A program made the position numbers and the translations under genes. Source: an uncultured virus (IMG/VR IMGVR_UViG_3300030450_003626) (taxonomy: Duplodnaviria > Heunggongvirae > Uroviricota > Caudoviricetes). Taken from it: a stretch of 64,000 nucleotides of DNA. The stretch lies in IMG/VR virus record IMGVR_UViG_3300030450_003626; one strand, given 5' to 3'. Under the pieces are notes generated by a model. That model worked only from the letters and a program-made list of their open reading frames with translations. It was not told the origin of the DNA and did not search any database. Each line of letters starts with the position of its first letter. The stretch's first letter is position 1. This document shows positions 54,755-64,000 of the stretch, one piece after another.

Positions 54755-56409
54755 TGACTATGTTTGCCTCACAATGGCTTGCTAATGCGGACAGTGGCTA
54801 TGACACAAGTCTGATCGGCAATTCTGTCTGGTTAGATTCATCCGACTATCTGAGCCGTTCCACCAGTAGCCACAGCAGCAACGAAGTTACGATGGCATGT
54901 TGGTTCCGAATTATGGAACCGTTGGCCACCGGCGGCTACGCCATAGAGCCGTTAATGAGCATCGGGAATAACTCTGCGTCGGGTGTTGGAAACTCTGTAA
55001 TGAATTTTGAAGACGGCAAGGCTTCTTTTTCATGCGATGGCTATGGTGTAAAATCTTCTACGAACTTGATTAGAGACATTGGATGGTATCACATTCTTGG
55101 AAGTTGGAAACTTGACGAATCAACGGCAAGTAACAAAGGTAAGTTTTTCCTTAACGGTGTAGAAATCACTAGTTTTTCGCTCGATCAGCGAAGTTATTGG
55201 GCCTCAACTTTCAATAATAATAGTAAACAGCTTGTCGGTGCTTCGGCGAACTGGACCGGGAAAACTTATATTGCACAGGCGATCATGCTTGACGGCCAAT
55301 CAATTCAAGGCGGCGATGTTTCGATATCTGATTTTGTAGCTACACAGACTTTTTCGCCCAACGATGCTCAAATTGTTCCAATAGCTGATGCAGATATAGC
55401 TGCGCTTGCGTCATCTGCTGGTGGGAATAGTTTTTGTTTAGACTTCTCCGACAGTTCGGCTCTCGGAAACGATATAAGCAGCAATAACAATGATCTAACT
55501 GCGACAAGCATGGCAGCAGCTAATCAGTCTGCTAACACACCCAGCAAGGTGTATCCGATTTGGAATCCGCTAGAGCCAACGGGCTCGACCATCACCTTGA
55601 CTGAAGGTAATTTGCGAGCATCAGTTACAGGCGGTACCGATGGCGGTTCTATTGGAACAATAGCTTTGCCGACTTCCGGTACATCCGAGTTTCAAATAAA
55701 AACAAATAACGGTTATGGCGCAGTAGGTATTATTGCTCATGATAACGCTGTAGTTGTCGATGAACCATCGAATAATGCTGCTTCCGGTGCTGGAGTCTTC
55801 TTTAATGCAGCATACCATTATATTGATGGCGGGAAGATTAGGCAAGTAATATCTTCTGGTCATAGTTATTTGCAAGAAAGCCTTTCCACATGGTCATCAA
55901 ATGATGTGATCACAGTGCGATATAACGCCGATGATGATGAATTGAATTTTCTACTAAACAACAGTGCTATAGGAAGCACAGTTTCAACTGTTGCAGGATT
56001 AACCTATTACCCAGTTATTTCCCGTTGGAATAACTATGACATAACCGCGTATTTCGACTCTTCTGATTTTCCTCACACAATAGGTACGGGAAATAAAGAA
56101 GTTAATAGTGCAAATTTAACGACAGAAACGTTTTCAAATCCAGCAACAGGATCGTTTAAGGGTAACGCAAGCACAAATGGGCCGCTTATTTTCTTGGGAT
56201 TCAAGCCGTCGCTAGACGATGCGCTTACAATCAATTCAAATAGCGTTACTTATGGAACAGACGTTAGACTTACTTCTGACGGATTCAAAGTCATAAGCAG
56301 CAGTTCAAATTTTAACACAACCAGCGGAACAAACAGCTATTCAATTGTTACAGCAAACGCATTGCAAATCAATGGGAAGTTACCTCCAGCAATTGCAGAG
56401 AAAAGCTAG
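54754..56409 (+). CDS. Tail fibre / receptor-binding protein (allele B)
   Basis: N- and C-terminal thirds clearly homologous to 266-1987; central domain dissimilar. Confidence 0.75.
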   Translation: MTMFASQWLANADSGYDTSLIGNSVWLDSSDYLSRSTSSHSSNEVTMACWFRIMEPLATGGYAIEPLMSIGNNSASGVGNSVMNFEDGKASFSCDGYGVKSSTNLIRDIGWYHILGSWKLDESTASNKGKFFLNGVEITSFSLDQRSYWASTFNNNSKQLVGASANWTGKTYIAQAIMLDGQSIQGGDVSISDFVATQTFSPNDAQIVPIADADIAALASSAGGNSFCLDFSDSSALGNDISSNNNDLTATSMAAANQSANTPSKVYPIWNPLEPTGSTITLTEGNLRASVTGGTDGGSIGTIALPTSGTSEFQIKTNNGYGAVGIIAHDNAVVVDEPSNNAASGAGVFFNAAYHYIDGGKIRQVISSGHSYLQESLSTWSSNDVITVRYNADDDELNFLLNNSAIGSTVSTVAGLTYYPVISRWNNYDITAYFDSSDFPHTIGTGNKEVNSANLTTETFSNPATGSFKGNASTNGPLIFLGFKPSLDDALTINSNSVTYGTDVRLTSDGFKVISSSSNFNTTSGTNSYSIVTANALQINGKLPPAIAEKS

Positions 56410-56421
56410 GAGAATAAAATA

Positions 56422-56925
56422 ATGTGGAAATACAATGGTAGAACAATTAACGAACGTAAGTCTTGGGTGGATGATAATGGCATTCAGCACCCACCTAATT
56501 GGCATATCTGGTCGCCATCAGATAAAGCTGCTGCCGGTCTAACAGAGGTTGTCGAAGAGACACCTCCAGATAGTCGCTTGTATACTTGGACTATGGATAC
56601 AAACGGAAAGATAGATAAGACAGCTAGAAATTTAGATGATGTTAAAGCGAATTTAAAACGAGAAGTTAAGGATCAACAAGGTGCTTTGCTTACTCAAACT
56701 GATTGGGCAATTGTTCGCAAGGCGGATAATGGCACAGCTATTCCTTCAAACATCCAAGCTTGGCGGGATGCTATCCGCACTAAAGCAACCGCGATGGAAA
56801 ATGCAATTGATGGAGCAGCGGACACAGATGCTATGTCTGCGCTGTTTGTGTCTTATACAACTAACGAAGACGGTAGCGTAACCAAATCAGGTATCCTTTA
56901 CGATTGGCCTGAATTAGAAAGTTAG
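56422..56925 (+). CDS. Tail fibre assembly chaperone-like protein (allele B)
   Basis: Homologue of 1997-2569 lacking a 23-aa segment; same ILYDWPELES end. Confidence 0.7.
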   Translation: MWKYNGRTINERKSWVDDNGIQHPPNWHIWSPSDKAAAGLTEVVEETPPDSRLYTWTMDTNGKIDKTARNLDDVKANLKREVKDQQGALLTQTDWAIVRKADNGTAIPSNIQAWRDAIRTKATAMENAIDGAADTDAMSALFVSYTTNEDGSVTKSGILYDWPELES

Positions 56926-56953
56926 ATATTATTACAAGAAGGAGAAAGATACG

Positions 56954-57199
56954 ATGGTTAAAGATGTAAACAAAGATAATATAATTAATATTAATGGTAC
57001 TGAGTACCACACTGATTCGTTTAATAACGAACAGAAATATGTGATTGCTCAGATCAAAGATTTGCAAGCTAGATTTGAAGTTGAAAAATTTAAGCTTGAT
57101 CAAACTCAAGTTGCTTTACAATCTTTCACTTCTGCTCTTATTAAAAGTTTAGAAGAAAATAACGAAGAAGAGATTGTGTCTGAAAAGTTAGCATCGTAA
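56954..57199 (+). CDS. Small conserved protein downstream of tail fibres
   Basis: ININGTEY...EQKY...QIKDL coiled coil; AGGAG RBS. Confidence 0.6.
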   Translation: MVKDVNKDNIININGTEYHTDSFNNEQKYVIAQIKDLQARFEVEKFKLDQTQVALQSFTSALIKSLEENNEEEIVSEKLAS

Positions 57200-57219
57200 A
57201 ATAAAAAAAAGGAGGAAGC

Positions 57220-57384
57220 ATGTTAGAAGAAGTAAAGACTGTTGGTGACGTTGTAGGGGTTGGATCGACGGTTGCTCTTTTAGCTGGATGGCTTCCTCCT
57301 TTAGTTTCTGTGATTACTTTAATTTGGTTTGGAATTAGAATATACGAAACAGATACTGTTCAGAAGCTTTTAAAAAAGAAATAA
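57220..57384 (+). CDS. Small membrane protein (holin-like, 54 aa)
   Basis: Read manually: GWLPPLVSVITLIWFGIRIYETDTVQ; GGAGG RBS. Confidence 0.6.
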   Translation: MLEEVKTVGDVVGVGSTVALLAGWLPPLVSVITLIWFGIRIYETDTVQKLLKKK

Positions 57385-57387
57385 AGT

Positions 57388-60105
57388 ATGACTACACCTC
57401 CAGCACAGTTTATTGAGCAAGAATATGATACTGGACAATTTGATGCTACCGAGTATCTTAAACAAAATCCAGACGTAGCTAGTCATTATCATTTTGGTTC
57501 CCGTGCTTATGATCATTATCAAAGACACGGTAAAGGAGAAGGACGGAAACATCCTACCATTAAAAAAACACGGCAAGTAGAAAATCCTGCCTATTCTCAG
57601 TGGCTATCTTCAAATCCTGATTATAGACCTTTTACTGGCGCTCCTACGCCTACTCCTACTGCTGCTAAACCCGCTGTTTCTGCACCTAAACGTATTAATC
57701 CTGAAGCAGTTTATACTCCACATACTATAGACTATTATCAAGGTAAAATTACATACGGTGATTGGGTAAGTAGACAGCTAGATATGGAAGGTGTTTTTGA
57801 TGTCGAAGAACGGCAATCAGCACAATTTGATGGTCATTGGGATGTTGGGCAATACAGTCTATCTGACAGCAATCCTGAAGTAGACCCTTTAACTGGTTTA
57901 GCATATACTAGAGGAAATTTTAATGCTATTAATAGAGCGAATATTGTTGAAAATGAAAAGAAAAAATATATAGAACTTATTAAAGCATCGCAACAAAATG
58001 CCTCTACCGCTCCCGCCAGTACTAATACTGCTACTCAAACAACTGAATCTACCGCTCCTACTGCTACTGCTGGTGAGTGGTTGAAAAAACGATATGATGA
58101 TATTTTAAAAAATACAACTGATACAGGGGAAAAACCAGTGAGCTTACTTGATCATAAAACAATTACATCTCTACCACAATTTATTGTAGAAGAATATGAT
58201 ACTGGAGAATTTGATCAGGCTGAATACCTTAGACAAAATCCAGATGTAGCTGCGGATAGTTGGTACGGTTCCCGTCCAGCCGCTCATTGGCAATATTTTG
58301 GACAAAACGAAGGACGAGCATACCCTACTATTAAAAAAACACGACAAGTAGAAAATCCTAATTATACTGCTGCGCCACAGACTACACCGGCTGGAGAAAC
58401 GACTATGCCTACTGCTACCTCTACTGCTACTCCTACAACTGCTTCTTCTGAACCACAGATTATGGACGAATCTACAGGAGTTAATGTAGGTTTAGGAAAA
58501 CAAATACGAGATCAGCAAGCTTTAGGTGCCGGTAATATTTTAACAACAACAGGTGCTACTGGGGTTGATCCACAAACAGGACTATTTGATCCTTCTAAAG
58601 TAGAGATGTTGTATGATCCTGTTCAATTTACAGTTAAAGACGAAGAATTAAGAACAACAGAAGATAAATTAATACAGGTTCCTTCAGTAACAGCACCTGA
58701 AGACATCTCAGAAGTACAAGAAACTTTTGTTACGCCTGAAGAAGCTTCTTTAGTTAATAATATAGAAAGAACTTATTCAAATGTTCCTACTGCTGTTGCT
58801 GCACAAGGAGAAATTACATCTTTTGATGTTATTGATCCTAATCAGATTGTAGACGAACGTACAAAAACAGAAATGTTTGAGCGAGGAAGTCTAGCTGAAG
58901 CAAAAACACAAACACTGGCTGAAGAAGCTTCTACAGCTTATCAGATTGAACAGCTTACTAAAGGAATAGAAACAGGTAAATTCCCACCGTGGGCAGCACC
59001 TACCGTTCGTAAAGCAAACGAGATAATGAACCAAAGAGGATTAGGTGCTTCTAGTATGGCAGCGGCAGCGGTTGCTCAAGCTATTATGGAATCTGCTATA
59101 CCTATCGCCAATTCTGATGCTCAAAAAGCTGCAACGCTTCAGATTCAAAATCTTAATAACCAACAACAAACTGCTTTAGCTAACGCTGCTGCTATCGCTG
59201 CTATGGATCGTCAGAATCTTGACAACAGAATGAAAGCTGCACAACAAAACGCTCAGTCTTTTTTACAGATGAATTTGCAAAATGTTACGCAAGAACAAGC
59301 TGCTGTACTGGCAACTCATCAATCTACTGTACAGTCTTTATTTAGTGATCAAGCTGCTGAAAATGCAAGATTACAATTTAACGCTACTTCTCAAAATCAA
59401 GTAAATCAATTTTATGATCAACTCGGGTTGACTGCTGCTGAAAATAATGCTAATAGAGATGTTGCTATTCAAAAATTTAATAGTGAAGAACAAACAGCAG
59501 TAAATGAATTTAATACTAATTTAGAAAATTCAAGACAAGCATTTAATGCTAATATGCAGAATGTTATTGATCAATCAAATATAAGTTGGAGAAGAAGTAT
59601 AAACACAACTAATACTAATAATGATAACATAGCTGCTCAACAGAACGCTCAAGTTCTTTTAGGACTTACGGTTCAAGCACAAAATAATTTGTGGCAAGAG
59701 TATAGAGATGTGGCTCATCAACTTTTTGCTTCGTATGAAAACGATAGACAAAGGACTCACGATATTGTTGTTCAAGGTATTAAGCATCAATTTACTTCTG
59801 ATCAATTTCAAAATATGTTAGACTATAGAGCTTCTGTAGAAGCAGGAAAAGCAACGAGTGGTTATGTTGATAAAATATTAGGACCAGTTATTAATAGAGG
59901 TGCTTCAGAATTAGCAAAATCTCTTTTTGGTAATAATGATGATAAAGAATTAGAACTTCTTACAGTTGATACTTTTAATCCCGACTACAGTCCTGCTATG
60001 GATACTTTATTTGATTTTGGTGGTGAAACATATGATTACAATGAACCTATACCAGAATGGGAATGGGACTGGGATCAGTATTCAGATGCGTTTGATTTTG
60101 GATGA
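57388..60105 (+). CDS. Internal virion protein with a duplicated N-terminal module
   Basis: Two YL.QNPDVA...H....G..EGR modules; RGLGASSMA; Gln/Asn/Ala-rich coiled coil. Confidence 0.6.
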   Translation: MTTPPAQFIEQEYDTGQFDATEYLKQNPDVASHYHFGSRAYDHYQRHGKGEGRKHPTIKKTRQVENPAYSQWLSSNPDYRPFTGAPTPTPTAAKPAVSAPKRINPEAVYTPHTIDYYQGKITYGDWVSRQLDMEGVFDVEERQSAQFDGHWDVGQYSLSDSNPEVDPLTGLAYTRGNFNAINRANIVENEKKKYIELIKASQQNASTAPASTNTATQTTESTAPTATAGEWLKKRYDDILKNTTDTGEKPVSLLDHKTITSLPQFIVEEYDTGEFDQAEYLRQNPDVAADSWYGSRPAAHWQYFGQNEGRAYPTIKKTRQVENPNYTAAPQTTPAGETTMPTATSTATPTTASSEPQIMDESTGVNVGLGKQIRDQQALGAGNILTTTGATGVDPQTGLFDPSKVEMLYDPVQFTVKDEELRTTEDKLIQVPSVTAPEDISEVQETFVTPEEASLVNNIERTYSNVPTAVAAQGEITSFDVIDPNQIVDERTKTEMFERGSLAEAKTQTLAEEASTAYQIEQLTKGIETGKFPPWAAPTVRKANEIMNQRGLGASSMAAAAVAQAIMESAIPIANSDAQKAATLQIQNLNNQQQTALANAAAIAAMDRQNLDNRMKAAQQNAQSFLQMNLQNVTQEQAAVLATHQSTVQSLFSDQAAENARLQFNATSQNQVNQFYDQLGLTAAENNANRDVAIQKFNSEEQTAVNEFNTNLENSRQAFNANMQNVIDQSNISWRRSINTTNTNNDNIAAQQNAQVLLGLTVQAQNNLWQEYRDVAHQLFASYENDRQRTHDIVVQGIKHQFTSDQFQNMLDYRASVEAGKATSGYVDKILGPVINRGASELAKSLFGNNDDKELELLTVDTFNPDYSPAMDTLFDFGGETYDYNEPIPEWEWDWDQYSDAFDFG

Positions 60106-60182
60106 ATGGGATGAGTATGCAGATGCGTTTTGATTTTTGATTTAGTTTACAATATGATGAAGAAAAAACAGGAGATTAAATA

Positions 60183-60620
60183 ATGAGTGTTTTATCGGGT
60201 ATAGGATATACATTATTAGATTACGGTGCAAGGGCAGCAGCAGGAACAGTAGGAAGTGCTGCTGGAAATGCGCTTGCTAATGCTTTATTCGGAGAAGATG
60301 ACAACCAACAACAACAACAACAACAACCGGCTGCTCCTCAAGTACCTACACAATCTTCAAGAAGCAATGATGAAGCTGAATTGAGATATTTAGAAAGTCA
60401 AGTTCCTAAAGGTGAAGGGTTTATAACAGGTGTAGCTGTTCAACCAGCAAGACAAAAAACTACTGAAAATCAATCTTTAATTCAAGCATTGTATAAGAAT
60501 GTGCTAACTAGCCCTCCTGCTACGCCCAAGTTAGTGAATGAAGCTATACAAGTAAGTGGTGCTTCTGCTATTTCTTCTGGTAGAAATACAAAAGCTTTAC
60601 AGAAATTATTAAAAACTTAA
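60183..60620 (+). CDS. Hypothetical (virion-associated) protein
   Basis: AGGAG RBS; Gly/Ala-rich N-terminus and poly-Q tract. Confidence 0.55.
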   Translation: MSVLSGIGYTLLDYGARAAAGTVGSAAGNALANALFGEDDNQQQQQQQPAAPQVPTQSSRSNDEAELRYLESQVPKGEGFITGVAVQPARQKTTENQSLIQALYKNVLTSPPATPKLVNEAIQVSGASAISSGRNTKALQKLLKT

Positions 60621-60636
60621 ATATTGGAGAATGTAA

Positions 60637-61152
60637 GTGGTTAAACTTGAAGACAATCCTTTTGGGTCAGCCCCTATTCCCGGTCAATCTTTAACAGCAG
60701 AACCGGGTAAATTTCCTTATGAAAAACCTCCTATGTATGCAAATGCAATGGAAGCTTTTTTATCTATAAAATCCTCTTTATATGGAAATAGAGAAGATGT
60801 ACAATACTTAGCTAAAATTATAGATTCAGGAATAACGTGTGAGACTTTAGCATCTTCTATTGTTCTTAGTGGGTTTACAAAAGGAGCGTTTAATCCCGAT
60901 GTTTGTGAAATAATAAAACCATTTATAGCTCTTGAAATATATAAAATAGCTGATATGGCTGGTGTAACTAATATAGTCTTATTAAATAAACCATTAGAAG
61001 ATAAAGTTTATAGAGATGAAGATATTTTAGAAAGTTTTAAAATATCAACAGGTCATAAAAGTACAATAAAAAATAGAAAGATCGATGCTCTTATTAAACA
61101 AACTTTAAGTAAAGAGCATACTGATGGTTTTATGGATAAAGGAGAAATTTAA
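60637..61152 (+). CDS. Conserved phage virion-module protein
   Basis: APIPGQSLT.EPG..PYEKPP and G.FNPDV motifs. Confidence 0.6.
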   Translation: MVKLEDNPFGSAPIPGQSLTAEPGKFPYEKPPMYANAMEAFLSIKSSLYGNREDVQYLAKIIDSGITCETLASSIVLSGFTKGAFNPDVCEIIKPFIALEIYKIADMAGVTNIVLLNKPLEDKVYRDEDILESFKISTGHKSTIKNRKIDALIKQTLSKEHTDGFMDKGEI

Positions 61153-64000
61153 TGGGCTTTATGGAGAAAGTACTAGATATTGTTGTTCCAACAGGGAGTC
61201 CTAAAGTTACAGGATTTACTCATGGTTTTTATAAAGGAATAAATGATTCTGAACGGGATAAGCTTGCTGCGTATGCACAACAAGAAGCAGCAAGAAAAAA
61301 ACAAGAAGCGGAGATGGCTAGATTAAAACTTGAACAAACAGCATTAGACAAAAGAAAACAAAAAGAACTTGACCATAAAACCAAAGAGGGTAAGTTAGAT
61401 AGGGGTAATGTACTCGACGCTGCAAAAATCAAAATTCAAGCTGAATTGTTGCGTCACAATCAACAACAAGCTCTTACTGCCCAACAAAATCTCATAACTG
61501 GAATAACAAGTGGAGATTTAGGTGTCAAAGATTCAGACTATATAACTAAAGACGGTTGGGTAGTAGGGCCTTTAGCTCAACAAATAGTTTTTTATCCAAG
61601 ATATTTAAGAAAACCAAATGGGTCGTTTTGGAGAAATGACGCAGGGGCTTTGATTGAAAATCCTGATTATGTAAGAGGAAGAGATAATCTTAGATCAATT
61701 ATTCAATCTGCTTCCAAAAATAAGGCAAAATTTAATGAATATAAAGATTTTCCTGAAGCTTATAATTTATGGATGCTTACAGGAACCAAAGAGAGTTTTA
61801 AAGATTGGATATTAACATATAGAAAACAACCAACTCGTCTTATACAAGAATATAACAAGTATGAACAACAAGAAATAGATAATGGTCGTACACCAATGAG
61901 TTTTGAAAAATTTTGGCGTACGGAATCAACTAAATCTGCTTCAAAAGATGACAGAGAGTATAACTTGAAGATTTATAAAGAATATCTAGATGGAGACGGA
62001 GTTAATATTTGGTTAAAAAATGAAGATGGACACTACGTAAGGGACGATAAGGGTAGAAAAATAGTTACTGGTAATACTAGCCATATAATTACAACAGCTA
62101 TGGATAACGGACATAAACTAACCAAAGCAGAAATATATCAAATTGCTGTTCAATTTGATGCTGCAAAACAGGCTAAAATGAACGGGCAGAATGAAAAAAG
62201 TAAATCTGTGCGATATGGCACAATGCCTGTAATTGGAACTCTTTTTAGGACTAATAGTGCTTATGAGAATAAAATATTTTATTATGGAGATACAAAAAAT
62301 TCTGGTGATGTTTCAAAATATACACCACAACAAGCTTCACAAGTTATGCGTGATATGAAAGATGTTATTCTTGCAATGCCGTTTAATCGTGGTATGAGAA
62401 CGGAACACAATGAAACAGACAGATTGATACATTTTTTTGACGCGGGTGGTGACGTTGGTGGTTTTAACAAAAGCGAAAGAACAGCATTTCTTGTACAGTT
62501 TGCAAAGTTAGGCAAAGCTTTATCTGAACCACAAAAAATTACTAGAGATAATCGTGTAACTACATTGTATCCCAGTACTGAACGAAATATGCCTCATATA
62601 ATGAGTGTTTTAAAAAAGCTTGCTCCAAATACTCATATGCTTTTAAAAAATAATAGTGGTGAAAATACTATTTCAATTGAAGTAGAAACGACTAAGGGAC
62701 AAACAACACAGTTATTCACTCATATTGATAATGGTGATGCTTCTGAGCCACTTGTAAAATCTATAGTAATGATGAAGACATTTTTAAATAATAATAGCAA
62801 TTTGAAACCCTACGCAGACAGGCTACTTCGTCAAGATACGTTGTCTTATGAAGATTATAAAGAAATGGGTAGACTTATCGTAAACGCTGATTATAAAGAT
62901 AATCCAGCTTTAGAAGAAATGTTTAGGGATAATCCTTTTATGTTTATACCTTATTTTCAAGCTGCTGGTTATGGAAACTTTCAAAAAAAAGTAGGCCCAG
63001 TAGATACAACAGTTACCAAACTAAAAACATTAGGAAAACCTAGAAAGAATTCTGACCATAAAGTTTTTTATGATAAGAGACAAAAGAAAAAAAGAGCTTT
63101 ACAAGATACTAAAGCTATGGTTGCAGACATGATAACAACTCAGGATTATTTAACAGGTGGTGAAACTGTAAGCATGGACGATGCTACTCTTTATCAAGCA
63201 ATAGATAATTTAGGAGAACTTGCTGCTACTACGACAGGAAGTAATCTTGTTAAAGGTATATCCTCAACAGTTGAAAGTTTAGTTACTGGACTAAAAACTT
63301 TTGTTTTTGAATTTGAACAAGATAAATTTAATTTATCACAATTAAATGCTACACTTTCATCACAAATTGGTCAGAACGATATTAATCTTGATGAAAAAGC
63401 AAATGCTGAATTTAAAAGAAGCAAAGAAATTTTTGACAAAAAAACAGAACAAATTAAATTAAGCACTTCTGAAAAGAGTAGTCAGCGTACACAACAAATG
63501 AAAGCTGCAAGACATAGGCTAGGTTTAAGATCAGCTATGACTTTTAAAAAGATAGCTTTAACTTATAAATTAGCAGGATTAGTTCAAGGAGATCAAACTG
63601 GCGGTAGAACTATTTCTAATGAAGATTTTCATCAAGTATATAGTGCTTTATGGTCTGGTGGAGAAGTAGGAAATAGAGCAGTTTTGGGAGATTTATCAAA
63701 CGATTTAAAATTAAGAATCCAAAAAGAACAAGCTTATGATTTATTGCACGAAATGCACGGAACAGGAGTTAGTACTACGATTGAAGATACTATTGACAGT
63801 ATATTTGAAGATAGAAGAAAAGAGTTTTATATAAGAACTGGAAACAATACTATATCTGCTCAAACTTTTCTCAGAATTGCAAAAGGAGGTGAAAAAGTTA
63901 GAGCTAATTATATTATTTCAGGACAAGAAGAGATAAAAACACTTGATACATTTAATCCTAATAGTATAAACAGAAAATTAAAAACTGTTGTGAATGAAGA
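61152..64000 (+). CDS. Large protein running off the window end, probably internal virion protein
   Basis: ATG at a TAATG overlap (MGFMEKVLDIVV); same frame is open at the window end; absent from the ORF track, consistent with no stop codon; middle not checked codon by codon. Confidence 0.65.
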   Translation, partial: MGFMEKVLDIVVPTGSPKVTGFTHGFYKGINDSERDKLAAYAQQEAARKKQEAEMARLKLEQTALDKRKQKELDHKTKEGKLDRGNVLDAAKIKIQAELLRHNQQQALTAQQNLITGITSGDLGVKDSDYITKDGWVVGPLAQQIVFYPRYLRKPNGSFWRNDAGALIENPDYVRGRDNLRSIIQSASKNKAKFNEYKDFPEAYNLWMLTGTKESFKDWILTYRKQPTRLIQEYNKYEQQEIDNGRTPMSFEKFWRTESTKSASKDDREYNLKIYKEYLDGDGVNIWLKNEDGHYVRDDKGRKIVTGNTSHIITTAMDNGHKLTKAEIYQIAVQFDAAKQAKMNGQNEKSKSVRYGTMPVIGTLFRTNSAYENKIFYYGDTKNSGDVSKYTPQQASQVMRDMKDVILAMPFNRGMRTEHNETDRLIHFFDAGGDVGGFNKSERTAFLVQFAKLGKALSEPQKITRDNRVTTLYPSTERNMPHIMSVLKKLAPNTHMLLKNNSGENTISIEVETTKGQTTQLFTHIDNGDASEPLVKSIVMMKTFLNNNSNLKPYADRLLRQDTLSYEDYKEMGRLIVNADYKDNPALEEMFRDNPFMFIPYFQAAGYGNFQKKVGPVDTTVTKLKTLGKPRKNSDHKVFYDKRQKKKRALQDTKAMVADMITTQDYLTGGETVSMDDATLYQAIDNLGELAATTTGSNLVKGISSTVESLVTGLKTFVFEFEQDKFNLSQLNATLSSQIGQNDINLDEKANAEFKRSKEIFDKKTEQIKLSTSEKSSQRTQQMKAARHRLGLRSAMTFKKIALTYKLAGLVQGDQTGGRTISNEDFHQVYSALWSGGEVGNRAVLGDLSNDLKLRIQKEQAYDLLHEMHGTGVSTTIEDTIDSIFEDRRKEFYIRTGNNTISAQTFLRIAKGGEKVRANYIISGQEEIKTLDTFNPNSINRKLKTVVNE

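Noticed and set aside
266..56409. Diversity-generating retroelement or invertase switch explaining the two fibre alleles
   Set aside because: No reverse transcriptase or recombinase seen; copies are in direct orientation and differences are not adenine-specific
60055..60142. Imperfect duplication (gggat.agtat.cagatgcgttt) at a gene end
   Set aside because: Only two copies; looks like local slippage, not an array
60302..60327. CAA trinucleotide run
   Set aside because: Simply encodes the poly-Gln tract of 60183-60620
1..64000. tRNA, rRNA, integrase or transposase genes
   Set aside because: None recognised by eye; tRNAscan-SE and HMM searches are needed to exclude them formally

Overview
The window is entirely tailed dsDNA bacteriophage sequence. 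Bases 1-54488 look like one complete, circularly permuted podovirus-like genome, because bases 1-94 recur exactly at 54489-54582. It carries tail and ejection genes, an M15 endolysin, and a replication module (family A DNA polymerase, SF1 and SNF2 helicases, primase, SSB). It also carries two cytosine methyltransferase genes, an island of small early genes, terminase, portal, GroES, scaffold, major capsid and neck/tail genes. After 54582 the sequence enters a diverged second copy of the tail-fibre module. From about 56930 it becomes AT-rich virion genes that appear to come from a different phage, most likely an assembly chimera through the shared module. The main finding is a minus-strand module at 29850-31301: a stand-alone RAMP/Cas7-like gene, a translationally coupled accessory gene, and a 344-nt non-coding array of 64 pentamers of the form GGY-NN split into six units. 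There is no CRISPR array, cas1 or nuclease. This looks like a compact viral RNA-guided system whose information lies in the variable dinucleotides. All protein calls come from motif recognition by eye; no database searches were run.
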